A stretch of 64,000 nucleotides of DNA from Antedon mediterranea. Its lineage: Eukaryota; Animalia; Echinodermata. Below the pieces are notes generated by a model, which saw nothing but the letters and a program-made list of their open reading frames with translations, did not search any database and was not told the origin of the DNA. Positions 1-14,820 of this stretch are shown one piece after another (positions within the stretch are counted from its first letter, which is position 1; every line of letters starts with the position of its first letter). A program made the position numbers and the translations under genes. The stretch covers positions 9,300,001 through 9,364,000 of the forward strand of contig NC_092672.1 in assembly GCF_964355755.1 (NCBI RefSeq), in the 5' to 3' direction.

Positions 1-421
1 GGTTCCCAGTCAATAAAGTTACCGCAGATATATATAACAAATGCCGCAGTTGAAGTTACGTTTCATTTTAAACGTTACCCGGAACTCGCTTATGGAAACA
101 TCACTGCATTTTAAACACATCCTTGTTCGAATTTAACCCCCAATAAGCACCCCAATTAATTTAACAAATACCAAAGTCAGTGTAAGTACGCCGCATTCCA
201 TTGTAATAGGCCTACTAGTTAGTTTTGGGTTTAGTTTCTCTGTCAGATAAGCCGTTGTTGTATGTATGTTTATTGAATAGGCCTATAACAACAACATATA
301 TTTATACCAAATACGCAAATTTGGTTAATGAGAAATTTGACGATTGTCTGACTCACGTTAATAATTACGTATATATATATATATATATATATATACAAAC
401 CTATATAAATCTCCAACGTAC

Positions 422-3400
422 CTGAAACCCTTTTGATAAGTAACTGAACTCGGGGCAGATGAGAGAATTTCCAGCGTACGCACCATCACAATGTAACCAA
501 ACATCTCTTTCGAAACAAACTTTGCCTAACTCTTCGATATTGTCGCATGAACAAACACTAGTCGTTCCAATTGTTCCAGCAACCTGAAACAGTATTATTA
601 AGAAAGAAAGTAAGTAAGTATACTCTATAGACTCAATGACAATAAAATAAACATCAAAATCAATATATAGTTCCACTGCAAATTATTTGAGTGCGATCTG
701 AACTATCCAGAGACTTGACTAATATACTTACAAAGAAGGGAACCAATCCCTTTTCTTCATCATTCTGGAAAATAAATGAATATATCACGTTTTATACTCT
801 TGTATAACGGAAACATTCGGTCACAATCTATTATTCGCTTTCATAGGCTACGTTGTGTTGTGTGGACGCGGGTATTTTTCAAGAAGTTTTTATTTTGTGG
901 AAACGGTGGTGTAAAGCTCTATCTACACTATCAAACTAGTTTGCCAAAGTAAGTGTGATTTGCCCGTGGTAGTTATATTACGTCATTGTGTCCATTATGA
1001 GCATATCACATTTTATCGTCACATAACATTTGATAGTGCTTATAAGTAGTGTGAAGTAACTTTCTAATACCTTCATTGCTTCCAAAAGGGTAGAACCTCT
1101 AAGTGCGTAGTTTTCGTCAGTCTGCAGTTGTCGGAGTTTTACAAAACCTATCATTGCAGCTTTTTCAACAGAAGAATGTGCCTAAAAATGAATCGCAATA
1201 TCAGTTAATGTGTAAAAGTACTTACAATTAAATATTTTAAACTTTGACCATCAGAGAAAATGTTCAAAATATTAAGATTAATAGTAATTGTAATTAAAAT
1301 TGAATGGCTCATATTATTATGTTATCGGTTTTTAGTCTTAATGTATGAATCGTTTTGATAGTACAATCAAGAAAAACTATTTATGTTTTGCTTACCTGTT
1401 TTGAGCAATACCCTACGAGTTTTGAAAGCAAGATCGCTCTATCTTCATCCGGGTATTGAACTTGCAGGTTTTTTATTGCTTTGTCTCGGGCAGCTAAAAG
1501 GCAGACCAATGTACACTCACTCGCAGATCCCTAAATTAATTTAAAAATATGGGTTTGATACTTGTTAGGCCTTTTACTATTTCATCAAACTCGTTTCATA
1601 TTATAACTTGAGCTAATTAAGTAAGTGTTTAAGTAAAAGTAATTTCTCTAATCACCTGACATCATCACATGACTTTCAAATATCACATTTTTAAAGTTTA
1701 CAGTTTATACAATCTTTCCTGATTTACAAATAATTATGGATGGTGACGTATGATTCGTGCTATCTTTCATAAACTATAAACAAAAAGACTAAAGCAACAA
1801 AATTTGAATAGTAAATGGTACGTTCATGCTATTTTTGTAACAATTTAATTTTATAGTTTTAAGAGCTAATAATAAATAGCCAATTGAATTTACCTGTATG
1901 ACGCCACCGCCTTGACTTCCTTTAGTTGAAAACATGAAATGTTTTGGTAGCTTCATCATCTTTGCTAGCCAATCGACAACAATCATTTCCAACTCAGTTC
2001 CAGCAGGATTTGCAGCCTATAAAATAATTAATCACCATCGTCATCTCGTCAGTTTATCGTTGATGTAAAGGAATTATTATACGGTAACAACTCCTTATTT
2101 AATCTGTTTATGCAATTATTCAGCAAGCTTTATTTATTTATTTTTCATTGAACTTCTAAGAAACATAAACAATGATGATTAAAAAATAAACTTAGGATAT
2201 AGGCACATTTTACAGTTTTAATAAAGTTAATAACTTCCGTAGAAAGAAAAACTAAAAACAAACTAATTTCCACAAAGGTTAAATTCTACCAAAAACACAT
2301 TGACTTCCAGCCAATTTGACTATGTGTTGCTTCAAAAAAAACTTTTTTTTCGATCCAATTTTTGGTCAAAGTGAATAACTAATATTTGACATTAAAATGG
2401 GATATACTCAACAAAAACATTTTACAACATTATTTTCAGGGAAGCGTATCTTTAATGATTTAAAGATTTTTTTGTAAAGAATTTCTAAAAAAAAGAAAAA
2501 TCTTGCTACAGTAAGATGGAGAAAAGATATAGAAGGAATATTATCAGCGGTTAACACATACGCTAAAACACCAATAGTCTCTTGCCGCGGCACACTCGAC
2601 AATACAAAACGTACCCAGGCATTGTATGCGCAGTTTGATTGTTCTACTGACATGTCTGCGCAGATGATTAATATAATACAATTTTATTTTATTAAACCAA
2701 AATCAGGCTTTGATCCTTATAACCGTGGTGTTAAGTTTTAATTATTTAAAATGTATGTTGTTGAAATGGTTTAGTGGCATATTGCAACCAATCAAATCTC
2801 AGGAAAGTTTGATTCGTCTAGTGGGACACAGGCTTTCGATGTATTTAGAACAATTATATTCTATTGTATAATTGGTTTGGAAAATAAGATAAAATAATAG
2901 GATAATACTCACCCATGAAAAACCAACTGATCCAATAGCATCTGATAGCATGTCAGCTAATATAGATGGGTAAGAATTGCCAGCTGGAAAATAAGCGTGG
3001 AAGCGACGATGTTGCCAGTGAGTTACCTAATCATAGAATCAAAGCACAACATTGTTGATTATAAATAACTCTGTCGAATGAAATTAATTACTGCAATGTG
3101 TAGTAAAAGGACACAAACATTTAAATTGAAAAGACTAAACATGTACTGAGATTAAGGATAATTGAAGGCGGGTGGCTGCTCCCACCAAAAGACAAGGAAT
3201 GTTAATGATGAGACAAAAGATCGAAATAAATATATATCTAATTCTACAAATGGTAATTCAGCGCTCTGGTAAAAAGTTACCAGACAAGTAAGAATAGTTG
3301 TATTATTACCCCAGGCATAATTTGATCTTCAACATCTTTCATGATGCTTTGCCAGGTATCGGGATGATCTGGTGCCTCCTCGGGAACTAGCTCTCTTAGG

Positions 3401-3510
3401 TAACCTGGTTTCACATGTGGGTACACAGGACGCTCTTCAGTCGTACTTAAGTACTTGGTGATGTAATCAAGCATGTCACGTCCATGTTTGATAAATGATG
3501 ATCCATTCAT
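422..3510 (-). CDS. Group II PLP-dependent aromatic L-amino-acid decarboxylase, tyrosine-decarboxylase-like; 5' part only, continues beyond the window start
   Basis: GT-AG exons 3310-3510 ([21 protein letters not shown]), 2913-3026 ([38 protein letters not shown]), 1894-2016 ([17 protein letters not shown]), 1396-1530 ([20 protein letters not shown]), 1071-1181 ([19 protein letters not shown]..), 732-764 ([11 protein letters not shown]), 422-583 ([27 protein letters not shown]). They join in frame and follow the DDC/TDC/HDC family sequence. TDC versus DDC is judged from remembered motifs only. Confidence 0.92.
913..1040. mobile_element. Small MITE-like repeat, family with TIR AAGCTCTRTCTACACTATCAAAC (degenerate copy)
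   Basis: Starts aaagctctatctacactatcaaac and ends tttgatagtg. Related copies occur at ~22975-23073 and ~24950-25112. Confidence 0.5.
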
Positions 3511-6500
3511 TTTCTTGTATCTAGAACAAATGCATTTCATTTTACTTATGTTAAAAATACATACCGATTTGGATAAAAGTTAGTGGATGATGAATAGGCC
3601 CAATTGAAAGTAAATTAAAAAAAAAACAGGTAGAAAAAAATATAGTAGACATTTTGCAGATAAGACATATTGAGATTCGATGCTTAAGTGACCCCATATT
3701 CTATTTATAAGGAGAAAATGACATTTTTAAGATTTGAATTTTTCATACAAAGAGCTCGAGTTTATGCATCACTACTGTACTTCCACACCCACATATTTAT
3801 GAGAGTGAAATTATGTCGAATGTAAAAAGGTTCAACATCGTCAAATTCATGAATGAGTGTTATCGGAAGGTTGAAAGAGGTGTTCAGAACATTAATCACA
3901 ATGACGTATTTCTATAAATAGGTTTTTTACAGAAAACGTAAAATAGGCGTGTGTTTGCTTTATAAATAGAAAGCTGAGTAGCATTTCACAATACAATCTC
4001 ACTATGTATAGTAATATTATTAACATGGTTTAAAAGTTGTATTATTTTCCTCGGCCTTCATTTTTAAGAAATAAAATTATTATCCAAAAATATTATTTAC
4101 GAAATACAGTACTGTAATATATAATACTATTCGTAGCATTCTATATGTAGGCATAAATCTGGTCAGATAAACCGACGTAAGCATTTTTTCCATTTTGCTT
4201 AAACTTTGAAGATTTTAGAAAAAGAAACTCTGGTTTTTTCCCCTAAAAATGTGTTATACATTATCGACATAAATAAATTATTATAACAAACATAATACAT
4301 AACATAAGATTAAATACACAAATAACACATGAGGAGCAATATCATAGTCTGCCAACTAATAAGGAAAAACTATTCGAGACCCACAATTCTATACAGCGAG
4401 TCTGCCTACCAGTTTGTCCTCTTCGCATTCAAAAAGCATGAAATATCCCTCTTAACAAATAATTCTACCGTTACTAGACTGTAATCCCCAACCCTGTATC
4501 TTAAGCCGATAAGTTATAACAACACAATACAATTGGCTTAACAGTATTGAATCTGGACTAGAAGAAAGTAAAATTCACAAAAAAAGGTAATCGGATTGTT
4601 GTATAACCTTATTGTCGCTGATCACATTGTCTACCGGCTAATAGAAGACTGACCAGAAGTAGTGTACAGTACTTTAAATTTGTCAAGATATATTCGTAGA
4701 ATGAAGGACGAGTTGTTTGCCTCAACTCTGACAAAATGCAACGACTTGTGTCATGGGGGAGAGAGCATGGGAGAGAGGGAGAGAAATATTGTTTAAATCT
4801 TATTTAAAGAGGACTCAACGCCCAGATAACCAAATCATTTAAAAAGCCTAAAGCAAACTTTACTCAATAAACATATTTAACAATATCAAATGACTTAAAA
4901 ACAAAGATAAAAACTGCAGCAAAAAAAACCAACAGAAAAAAAAAACAAATTTGGGAAATTTACGAAATTTAGCGTACTGTAGTAAAAAGCATAATTTGAC
5001 ATTTATTTATTTTTATTTATTTAGCATCAATTCAAAAATTAAAATACAAAGAAAAAATACAAACAATTGGAATATTAAAATTGAATAAAATGTGAATGGA
5101 TCAAAGGACGACCCATAAAATCGACATGTCAATTTATTTCCAATGGGGTCCATTACAAGAGAAATCGGAGATGTGAAAATGGACAAGGACCATAAGAAGG
5201 AAATGGAAATGTATAATGACCTTTATAATGACCTTTATATTACAGTAGTCAAAATATCATGATCAGCAAATACTATACATAACAATATATTGGCATAATC
5301 CCGGAAATAATTTAAATAATATTTACGCTAGATTACTCCAAAAAAAGAGAGCTCGGAGTGGAATAAGAAAGGTGGTCCCTTACGAGAGGCGGTTTATTTA
5401 ACTAATACGCGTTTTGTCTAAGATGCATATATAAATGGGACACGCCCCTCTAATAGGGGTTGTACTATCACACAAAGTATTTTATGTGATATTACTAGAT
5501 AAAATAACAGTCGAGTTATGAAATATTGAAACATGAACTGCATGATGAAGTATAGATTTAAGCAGGAGCCGATGTAATCATTAATTTATTTACATAAATA
5601 ATTCCCTTATCTTAATTAAATACTGTACTATGTACTAATTAAAATAACTTACTTTGAATCACTGATGTCAGATCTCTGTGTCTAAACGATTGCAAATGAC
5701 TCCCGGCGAAACGTTTTCTAAAGATATATTGTACTTGATTAACCAGTGTAACTGAAAAGCGCGTTGGTGTTGGTTTGACCTTGACGTCTGCCAAATCCAG
5801 GACTCGTTTTATGACAATTGTGTTCTCACCTCCAATCAATACGCGATAAAACATAATAATAAATTACTTCATGGTATATGTGTGTGTCTTGTGACCAGCA
5901 CATAACAAGGGTAAAAGTAAGAATCGTCGGCTGCAAAAATAAACATTAATCGAAAGCCAATGATACAGGTTACACAAGTAAAACAGAAGCGCGATTCATT
6001 TATGTTCTAAGGGTTAAGTTAGGTCCTCTCCAGACCTAATGATGGCCAAGTATATACCCCGGTCGTGGGGCTTGTCACGCAGGCCCTCCTTAAGCACAGC
6101 ACAGCTTTGTCAATCAATGATATTTTATCTTTAGGAATGTGTACTACAAATTTCCAAACCTTAAAAAAATCGGAGTTTATCTTCCCTAACACCTGTTTCG
6201 TAAAAGCTATCAGACATTCAAAATAATCACGTTATTTAATAATTTCTTATCTAAAAATTTCTTTCTAAAATCTGTCTGTTGAATGTTGTTAATCAGAATT
6301 GATTCAATAGGGCCTACACATTTTTTTAACACGAAATTGTTTATATACACATAACTCCATGCATAAACTTACTTATAATTAAAAAAAATTATTGCTACAT
6401 AACTTATATTTTTTGACTTTTATGTGCAGTTTTACATGGGCGAATGTTCATTTACTAATTAAACTATTTAAGCCAGAACTTATGTTTTATGTGTCTTTAT

Positions 6501-6933
6501 TATTCTATGAGTTAATGCGGCCGCAGTCTCCGAGTAGTAAAAAATATTCGAGTTCGGTAATAATACCCGTACTTTTGAAAATGAGGGTAAAAGTTAATAT
6601 TTGAGTTTCTTCTCAATTAATATGTATACAGATATGCACCGACTAAGTTTTCCACCTGTTGGGTGGAGTTTCTATGCCAAATATACTACGGATTAACACA
6701 TAGCTCAATCGTATTTCATTGCACTGATGATGTTGTCACAAAACTCTAGTTTACCTTAATTCACTATGCTGTCGATAGTTCGGCAATATTCTATTCACGA
6801 AACAAGAAAACGGTGTCAATCAAGCACTTACGAAAGTTGAACAAACTCTCTAAAAAATCCGTAAAACCAGGTCAGTTTTAAACTGAATAAAAATGTTTTG
6901 ACAAAAGGCATAGACTTAACTTATATATTCTTA

Positions 6934-8019
6934 GGCCCTGTTCAGACCCATGGCGTTAGACCGTTTTAGCGTACGACGCTAAAAGAATGTGTGTCTGAAC
7001 AGTTGGGGATTAGCGTACAACGCGTTGTACAACGGTTGTAGCGTTGTAGTGGAAAACGGTTGATAGTACCGTTTTAGCGTACGACGCTACTGTAAGTCAA
7101 CGTTGTATCCAATCAGAACGTTTCCTGTTATGACGCGAAACAAGGTTTGACCTAGGCTGACATCTTGTATCGTCAATGTGCGAGATGGATTTCAATAACA
7201 AAAAGGCCAGAATAAATAAGGCCTAACTACACTACAAATACAACTGTTACAAAGGCTACAAACTATTATCAACTGATTACCATTATATTTTCTAACAAAT
7301 GACATAAATACATGCACCTTGTATTTAAACAAAGGGACTACGATCCCATCCGCTTTTAGGCCTAGCTAGGCCTAACTAGGCCTAGAGCCATTCACGCATT
7401 TCATTCAAGCTAAAAACTAGCCTGGGACATCAAGTCACTCATTCATACAAGGCAGACTAGACTGGACAAGTTTAATGCTGAAAACCCCCTAACTCCTAAA
7501 AAAATCAGTAAACAAACAAGGGGAGCTGTTTCCCTTTTATTAGCAAGTTAAGGGTTATTTTCAACCGACTGGACCAAAGAATATATAATCTTTGACTGGA
7601 CTGGATAGACTAATCACAATCATTTTTTTCTTCATCATTACGAGGCCTGCTTTATTTTCGTAACACAAGAGCCTGGGGAAAATGTTTTTTACTACAAAAT
7701 AAAAACAATAGAAACAGAAATTTGGCTTTACTATATTTTTCTTAAATAAATGCTGAGGTATGTTTTATTTACGGCAAATTTTGTCATAATTGTAGGGCTG
7801 AGATCTAGGCCTGTATACAGTGGAAATAATGATGAAAACACGTGTGTAAGAGCACATGAATATGCAACTAGAAACAACCTGAATGACGTACTTCCGTTGT
7901 AACGATAATCGTACGCTATGGGTCTGAACACCTCGTTTTTTTCTCTGCGGTTTGTAACGTGACCTTGCTAGTAACGTTGTACGCTAAAACGGTCTAACGC
8001 CATGGGTCTGAACAGGGCC
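6934..8019. mobile_element. PIF/Harbinger (Tourist-like) non-autonomous element, ~1.09 kb
   Basis: Perfect ~40-bp TIRs GGCCCTGTTCAGACCCATGGCGTTAGACCGTTTTAGCGTAC at 6934 and its reverse complement ending at 8019. TTA lies on both sides (6931-33, 8020-22). No ORF of note. Confidence 0.85.
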
Positions 8020-8979
8020 TTAGGCTATTGAACTATAATAGTAGAGCAGTTAATGACATGAGCTGTGCATTTTATTACCAAAGCATGAAACTTGGCACAA
8101 AGTTTCTTTAATGTATATAGATTCAAAATATCGAGGGGTGCCAAGTGTCCAATGTCCGGTATGGCGGCCATCTTGACTTCAAAATGGCCACCATAAAATC
8201 AAAAAATGTTCATATCTTGGCAACTATACACATTAGAGACTTAATTCTGGTCTCAAATTGTTTACAAACTATATATTTCTATTTGCTCTAATGAAAAGTT
8301 TTGGCCAAAATGACCGGAAATGACGTTTCTTACAGTTTGACCTTTGACCTCGTATTTGTATATCTCTGTAACTACTGGTCATTTTCAATCGATTTTGGTG
8401 TCATTTTGTTCAGAATAAATACATTTATATTTGTAGTAATGAAACATTTTCACATAAAATGACCGAAAATACAATTTATGACCTTAGACATTTATTTATT
8501 GATTTTTAATTATGTGAATATACTGTATGTGGTTTTTGTTGGTCTTAAATGCACCTAATTTTGAACTTTTACCTGATAGGCGTAATTATATTAAATGATT
8601 AATGGACTTAAATTGTATATAGTACATAAAATTGGTAAACATTGTGCTTGGTGGTACCATTAGTTAAACGATGTTGGCACCTTCTGATTCGCTAAAAGTT
8701 TTAATAGTTTGACAGAGGAAATAACATACATGTATGGAATACCATAAAACCTCAAAAAGGTGATAGTATGAGCTTCTTTTCGAGATAGACTGTATTTGAA
8801 TTTCAAATAATTAGTATGATGATCGTGTTTATATCAATATATTATTAATGACCTTACAAAGTACCCTTTATGTTTCAACAATTAAGCCTCAGTTATTCTA
8901 CAATTTATTGTTTTCCAAGTGGTAGGCCTATTTTGATTGCATCTTCTTTTTGTATGCTTCCTGGGTTAATATGGTCCTA

Positions 8980-9410
8980 ACCCTCCTTCTTTGTCTGTAG
9001 ATGGTCTTACACCTCTTTCTTTATCTGTGGATGGTCTTGTACCCCCTTCTGTGTCTGTGGATGGTCTTATACCCCTTCTTTGTATGTGGATGGTCTTCAC
9101 CCCTTCTTTGTCTGTTGATGGTCTTACACCCCCTTCTTTATCTGTGGATGGTCTTGTACCCCCTTCTGTGTCTGTGGATGGTCTTACACCCCCTTCTTTG
9201 TCTGTGGATGGTCTTACACCCCCTTCTTTGTCTGTAGATGGTCTTCACCCCTTCTGTGTCTGTGGATGGTCTTCACCCCTTCTTTGTCTGTTGATGGTCT
9301 TACAACCCCTTCTTTGTCTGTTGATAGTCTTACACCCCCTTCTTTGTCTGTAGATGGTCTTACACCCCCTTCTTTGTCTGTAGATGGTCTTACACCCCCT
9401 TCTTTGTCTG
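8980..9410. repeat. ~30-bp minisatellite (TGTCTGTGGATGGTCTTACACCCCCTTCTT), ~14 copies
   Basis: Directly visible tandem array; it explains the SVDGLTPPSL repeat ORFs. Confidence 0.9.
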
Positions 9411-12309
9411 GACCCACTACTTTGATTGATTAAATCAGACATTGTTTCTTGTATGATTAGGAGACCAAGACCTTCAAAGTAAAAGTCCACAGGTGGATGC
9501 CTAAAAAGGTCTTGTACAGAACAGTATATTGTAGGTCCATGTCACTAATTTGAGGATTACTTGAATAATTATATTGAGATGTCTTTTACGAATTGATTTG
9601 GTTCGGATTTTGCTAAAAAATCAATGACTAGAGAAAATCGAGGAAAATGATTCAGATGAAAGGTTTACAGCAAAGGCCCATTACCATAAAAATGGAGTAC
9701 ATTTTTTTAGATGCAACGAAAATGAACAAGAATTATCTGAGTTTTGACTAATGAAAGTAGGTCTACAGCACAAATGCAGGATAAGTTTGTAGTAAGTACT
9801 TTGAAAGACGGTGTTCTCTTCTCTTAACTCATGAAAATGAGAACTTTCCGAACTTGCCTCATATGCAACATCAAAGAGGCCAACGAAAGAATACTACTTT
9901 ACATCAAAACATTTTCCAAATGGCATCTAACAATTCAATTCAACATATGGTATAATACATAAAAAAAAAGAAAAGATGACGGAGAGAGGACCAAAACTGT
10001 TATCTAACGATTGACACATCACAGTTAAGCAAACAAGTCGGCATAGATAAGAAAGTATGCCAAGGCTTCAAACAATTACAAATTAATCATTATGATTATA
10101 GGTGGCTACTGCGTTATGGTCCGAATCACTCTATTGTCAAGTCAGTGACATCAAAAACTAAAACATTGTTTATTTATTTACAGGTATTATGTACTAGTGC
10201 TACTGTCTGAATACAGGCTCATAGACTCTCTTCCACCATACGTGCTCTAGGGTTTACGCATGCCCAATCCAAGTCCCATTTTTCAGGCTTACTAAACAAT
10301 ACGCTACCCCGTGATACAGAATCCTTCGGTCCTCGTGAATATAACTGCCCAAAGGGGCGGCGCGATAAAAAAAAATTATCTTAAGATTGAGAAGTGCTGA
10401 ATAGGTTTATGTGAATATCGAAACACTATCGATAAATACTAACATGTTCTGTACAAAATATATTAGTAAATGAGATACTGATACAAGTAAATGAGATACT
10501 GATACAAGTGAATAATTAAAAAGCAACGATTTTACAACAACAACGACAAAACTATATATTGTTTGAAGGTTTGCATGACGAAATCAAATGTTAATATAAA
10601 GTTTGCGGTACACCACGTATATTAGTTCTGAAAAGAACTGTTGAGTTTTTCGACGTTTCGATCAATATGCTTTGATCATCCTCTCATTTCTAAAGAAAGC
10701 AAAAATGTGAACGGAATAACCATAGAGGTTAAAATAACCATTGAATTACCGTACCTACTTCTTAAGACACCTGTGTACATTTATTATAAACTAGATACAG
10801 CTTTATATAAGAACTAATAGTGAATAAATAAATAACAAATTAAATAGATAAATAAAATAACCTATGACTATTTTAACAAATGTGCAATATATATCTATGA
10901 GAAAAAAATGCTTCCCTATTAGAGTCAATACTTAATGATACTACAATGTTTAAGCTAATAATTCCAGGATAAAGCTAAGTTAAAAGTTAAATATGTATTG
11001 TTTCAAATACTGAATTGAATTTACAGCGTAATATATTTTTTTTCAAACAAATTATATTACGCTGTAATCAATTCAATATTTGGCGTTCTTGCGTTGCGTC
11101 ATATAGTGGGAACCAAAAGCTCCGCAACAATGTTACATGCAAGGCACAACCGAAGTTAAACAATACAAAGGATAGGCCTATAATCTAACCTACGTTTATT
11201 CTTCAAACAGAAAATCTAAATATATAAAAAATTGATTAGAGTAATTAATATTATAAAAATAATTATCAAAATATTAGATGTAGTAACACACAATCAAAAT
11301 ACACAAAAGCAATTCAAGACTTACAAATATAGCTGAGGCCAGCCCTAATAAACAGTCAAATAGACTTGTAGATACTTACATATACTTTAACAGCATTTAA
11401 TTTAGCTATGTCAGTATTCGTAATAGGACTAACTAAATATTATGGTTAATGTACCACTATTTATATTGTTATGCAGGATATAATGAGGTGATCATTATGA
11501 TCTCATGACTTTATGATGGTTAAATTGGTTTTTAAATTAAATTAAAATTACGTCATCATCTTTAATTAGGATACAGTAATGTAGTAACAATTTCCTTATG
11601 GAATATCAAAGCAACTAATTTTAACATTCCCCAAAAGTGGTCATATTAAAAAAAAAAATAATGATTCTATACAAATTACATAATCGCGAGCGTAGCTAAC
11701 AAAGGGACCTACGATCAATGAACTATACGGTTTTTTAATACATGGTTTTTTCACAGTTACAGAGTAAACCAGGAAAAACGAAACAATGTAGGTCGTAAGT
11801 GCCAGCAAATCATTGTCATGTTGACAATAACCCGTAGACTACTAGGGAAAAAACAACTTGAACTTGTTACCTCTTTTGAAAATAAAGAACAGTTAAAGGA
11901 CTTTATTATATTGACTTTATTATTTTGACACTTATTTTATTGACTTTATCTAAAAGCTGTTAGTCCGGGAGCCCATGAAGATTTGTTTAGCATTGCGAGT
12001 ACAAAAGGTCTGAGGCATAGAATATGTCAAGTAGGGTCCAGAGACCATCAAACGGCCGTTCTTAAGTTCCCGCCCCTGTACCAACTCTAGGGAGGGGCGC
12101 TCAAAATACCCCAACATTTCTTTCTTTCTTTATTTCTTTATTTACCCATAAATATAAATTATAAACATTGTAATAATATACAAATAAAAATAATTATATC
12201 AAGGGAAGGGCTAAAAAATAGTTAAAACTAATTTGATTTGAACACCCACACAGCTACTACTAGAATAGACATGGGTATAGAGACAAATAATTAGGCCTAA
12301 TAGTATTAT

Positions 12310-12385
12310 AATGATAATAATAATAATAATAATAAGATTTTGATAGCGCACATACCACTCCAGAGTGCTCAAGGCGCATTTAAAA
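12310..12385 (-). mobile_element. 3' end of an L2/CR1-type non-LTR element or SINE with an (ATT)n tail
   Basis: Minus strand reads aaatgcgccttgagcactctggagtggtatgtgcgctatcaaaatc(ttattatt)n, typical of L2-clade 3' ends. A similar tail is at ~59440-59505. Confidence 0.5.
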
Positions 12386-12773
12386 ATAAAAAGAAATTAA
12401 AAAATTAATAGAAACTATAATTTTAACACGTAATTTATTAGTAATAAATTATATTAAAAACACCATAAACTAAAGGCCGATTATTTCGACAATCCACACA
12501 AAACGCAGCTATTCTTCTATGAAATCACACGCCGCAACAACAGCGGAGATAGGCCTAGAATCGTACCGCAATACGCAATTTAATTGATGAATAATTCATG
12601 TTTATTTTGTGACGTTTCATGAGGGGGTCCCCAACTTATGTACGAAAAAAAAAATCGCGGCCCGGGGCATTATTTTTTTTCCATGAGGTTAAGGAACTCA
12701 TTCATAATTAATTTCTAATACCTGTATAAAGAATTCCAAGATATGCTAAAGCGGTGCTTTATTTTTTTTTATA

Positions 12774-13280
12774 TTAGGTTAAGGCAGAAACTATAGAGGG
12801 CGTGCATATATAATGAAAATTCTTGAAGCATAACGGAGCTCTGACGTCATACTTGCAAAACACACGTTGATGCACGTTCGCAGTGCATAATCGGACTGGA
12901 GTTACTGTACTCTTTTTCTCTCGATGTTTGTGTTAAAGACACTAGACCTGCAATTGTTGACGTTTTGTAAAAATAATGCATATAATATATATCTTTAAAA
13001 ACATTAAACCAGATCATTTTTTTTTCTATTAGGTTAAGGCAGAAACTATAGAGGGCGTGCATATATAATGAATATTCATGAAGCATAACGGAGCTCTGAC
13101 GTCATACTTGCAAAACACACGTTGATGCACGTTCGCAATGCATAATCGGACTGGAGTTACTGTACTCTTTTTCTCTCGATGTTTGTGTTAAAGACACTAG
13201 ACCTGCAATTGTTGACGTTTTGTAAAAATAATGCATACCGTATAATATATATCTTTAAAAACATTAAACCAGATCATTTC
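12774..13280. repeat. Tandem direct duplication, ~254-bp unit, 2 copies
   Basis: attaggttaaggcagaaactatagagggcg... begins at 12774 and again at ~13028, near-identical through acattaaaccagatcattt. Confidence 0.9.
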
Positions 13281-13864
13281 TTGTCTTAAATGTGCGTTTT
13301 ATTAAAGTTAATTATGATAACATGGGTAAAAACAATCACTATCTCATTTTTATGGAAAACAATTATAGGTATGCCTAGTACGCTATACCACTTCGCAAAA
13401 ACTAGTTTGTTTGAAAATACAATCACAAAAAAAATGAAAATCGTTTACATTGTCCACACATAGTATGTTCTTTTAATTACAAAGTATCATCATTACAGAA
13501 AACAGACAGAAATAATAAAATATACACAACTGTGTTACTCTAAGATTAAGCTACATATAGATTAAAAGAAATTCATAAATTAACTCAAAACATGTATCAA
13601 TTTAATTAGCATTACCTTAAAAACATGTAAATTAGAAGGAAAAAAAAACGAGTTCATTGTACACAAGTACGTTAGCATAATGACTAAGTATAGAGTAGTG
13701 GCTTATCCACGATTTGTAGGAAAAGGTAGGAAGGGATGGTGAGACCACATCCACCATAAAAATAGAATATTAATGGATGTGAGAAACTATGGCACATCAA
13801 CACTTATTTCATATTGAAAAAAAAAACGGACCTGATACGTCACTGCCATAAGCTTGTTTCTCAT

Positions 13865-14041
13865 TAAAGCGTGGTTCCCACTAGCGACGCAACGCAAGGA
13901 CGTAACGCAACGCAAGTGAATTGACCAATCACAAGCGATGGCTTATTCGCTTGTGATTGCTAACTGTCTATAACTCATTGGTTAAAACGCTTGCGTTGCG
14001 TTTACGTCCTTGCGTTACGTTCTAGTGGGAACCAAGCTTTA
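13865..14041. mobile_element. Palindromic ~175-bp MITE, followed by degenerate partial copies to ~14340
   Basis: taaagcgtggttcccactagcgacgcaacgcaaggacgtaa... pairs with ...ttacgtccttgcgttacgttctagtgggaaccaagcttta. Fragments also at ~11085-11120 and ~18265-18360. Confidence 0.75.
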
Positions 14042-14820
14042 GAGACGTAACGCAACGTAAGTGAGTTGACCAATCACAAGCGATGGTCATTGGTCAACAC
14101 GCTTGCATTTATAAAATGCAATTTTACATAAATATCCTTGCGGTGCGTCCTAGAGGGAACCAAGATTAAGGACGTACGCTGCGACGCAAGCACATACTCA
14201 GATAATTCGCCTGCGTTGCGGCTTAGTTCCTTGTGTTGCGTGGTGGGTAATTCGACTAATCACGTTACTACAAATTTAAACATTGCGTCGTGATTGGTAA
14301 AATTACTTGCACTGTGTCCAGTGGGAACACAACTTAAGCTACATTTACAATAATTTGTCCACGTTCCGTTATTAGAACTATATATTATCATTTCTAGTAT
14401 ACACTATCATAATTTTAAAAAGAAAAACCCATTGATCTTTCAAACTCATTATGGTATCATTCAAAATAAAATAAACGAATTTATTAAAAATTATGAACAT
14501 ATATAAAAAAATTAACTTGCTATAATAATAATAAAAATATATTGCAATTGTATCAAGGTAAATTGTTAAGATTATAATTTTAAATATCATAATAATCATG
14601 GATGGTATGATAAAGTTAAATGCTAATAGAATTAATTAATTAAATCATTTGGCTGTCCATATCGGACATTATGACTAAAAAAAATAAATTAGAATTTGTA
14701 AAAAAGGATTGTTCCCGAGTTTCTACGCATGCCTAACCAGAGTTTTACCTGGATGAAAATAAGGTTAACAACCATTTTAACCAATCAATATTGTTGTACC
14801 ATGGTCGTGCTGACAACCAA

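Noticed and set aside
8991-9490. ORFs with SVDGLTPPSL or RQRRGCKT repeats
   Set aside because: They are translations of a 30-bp minisatellite.
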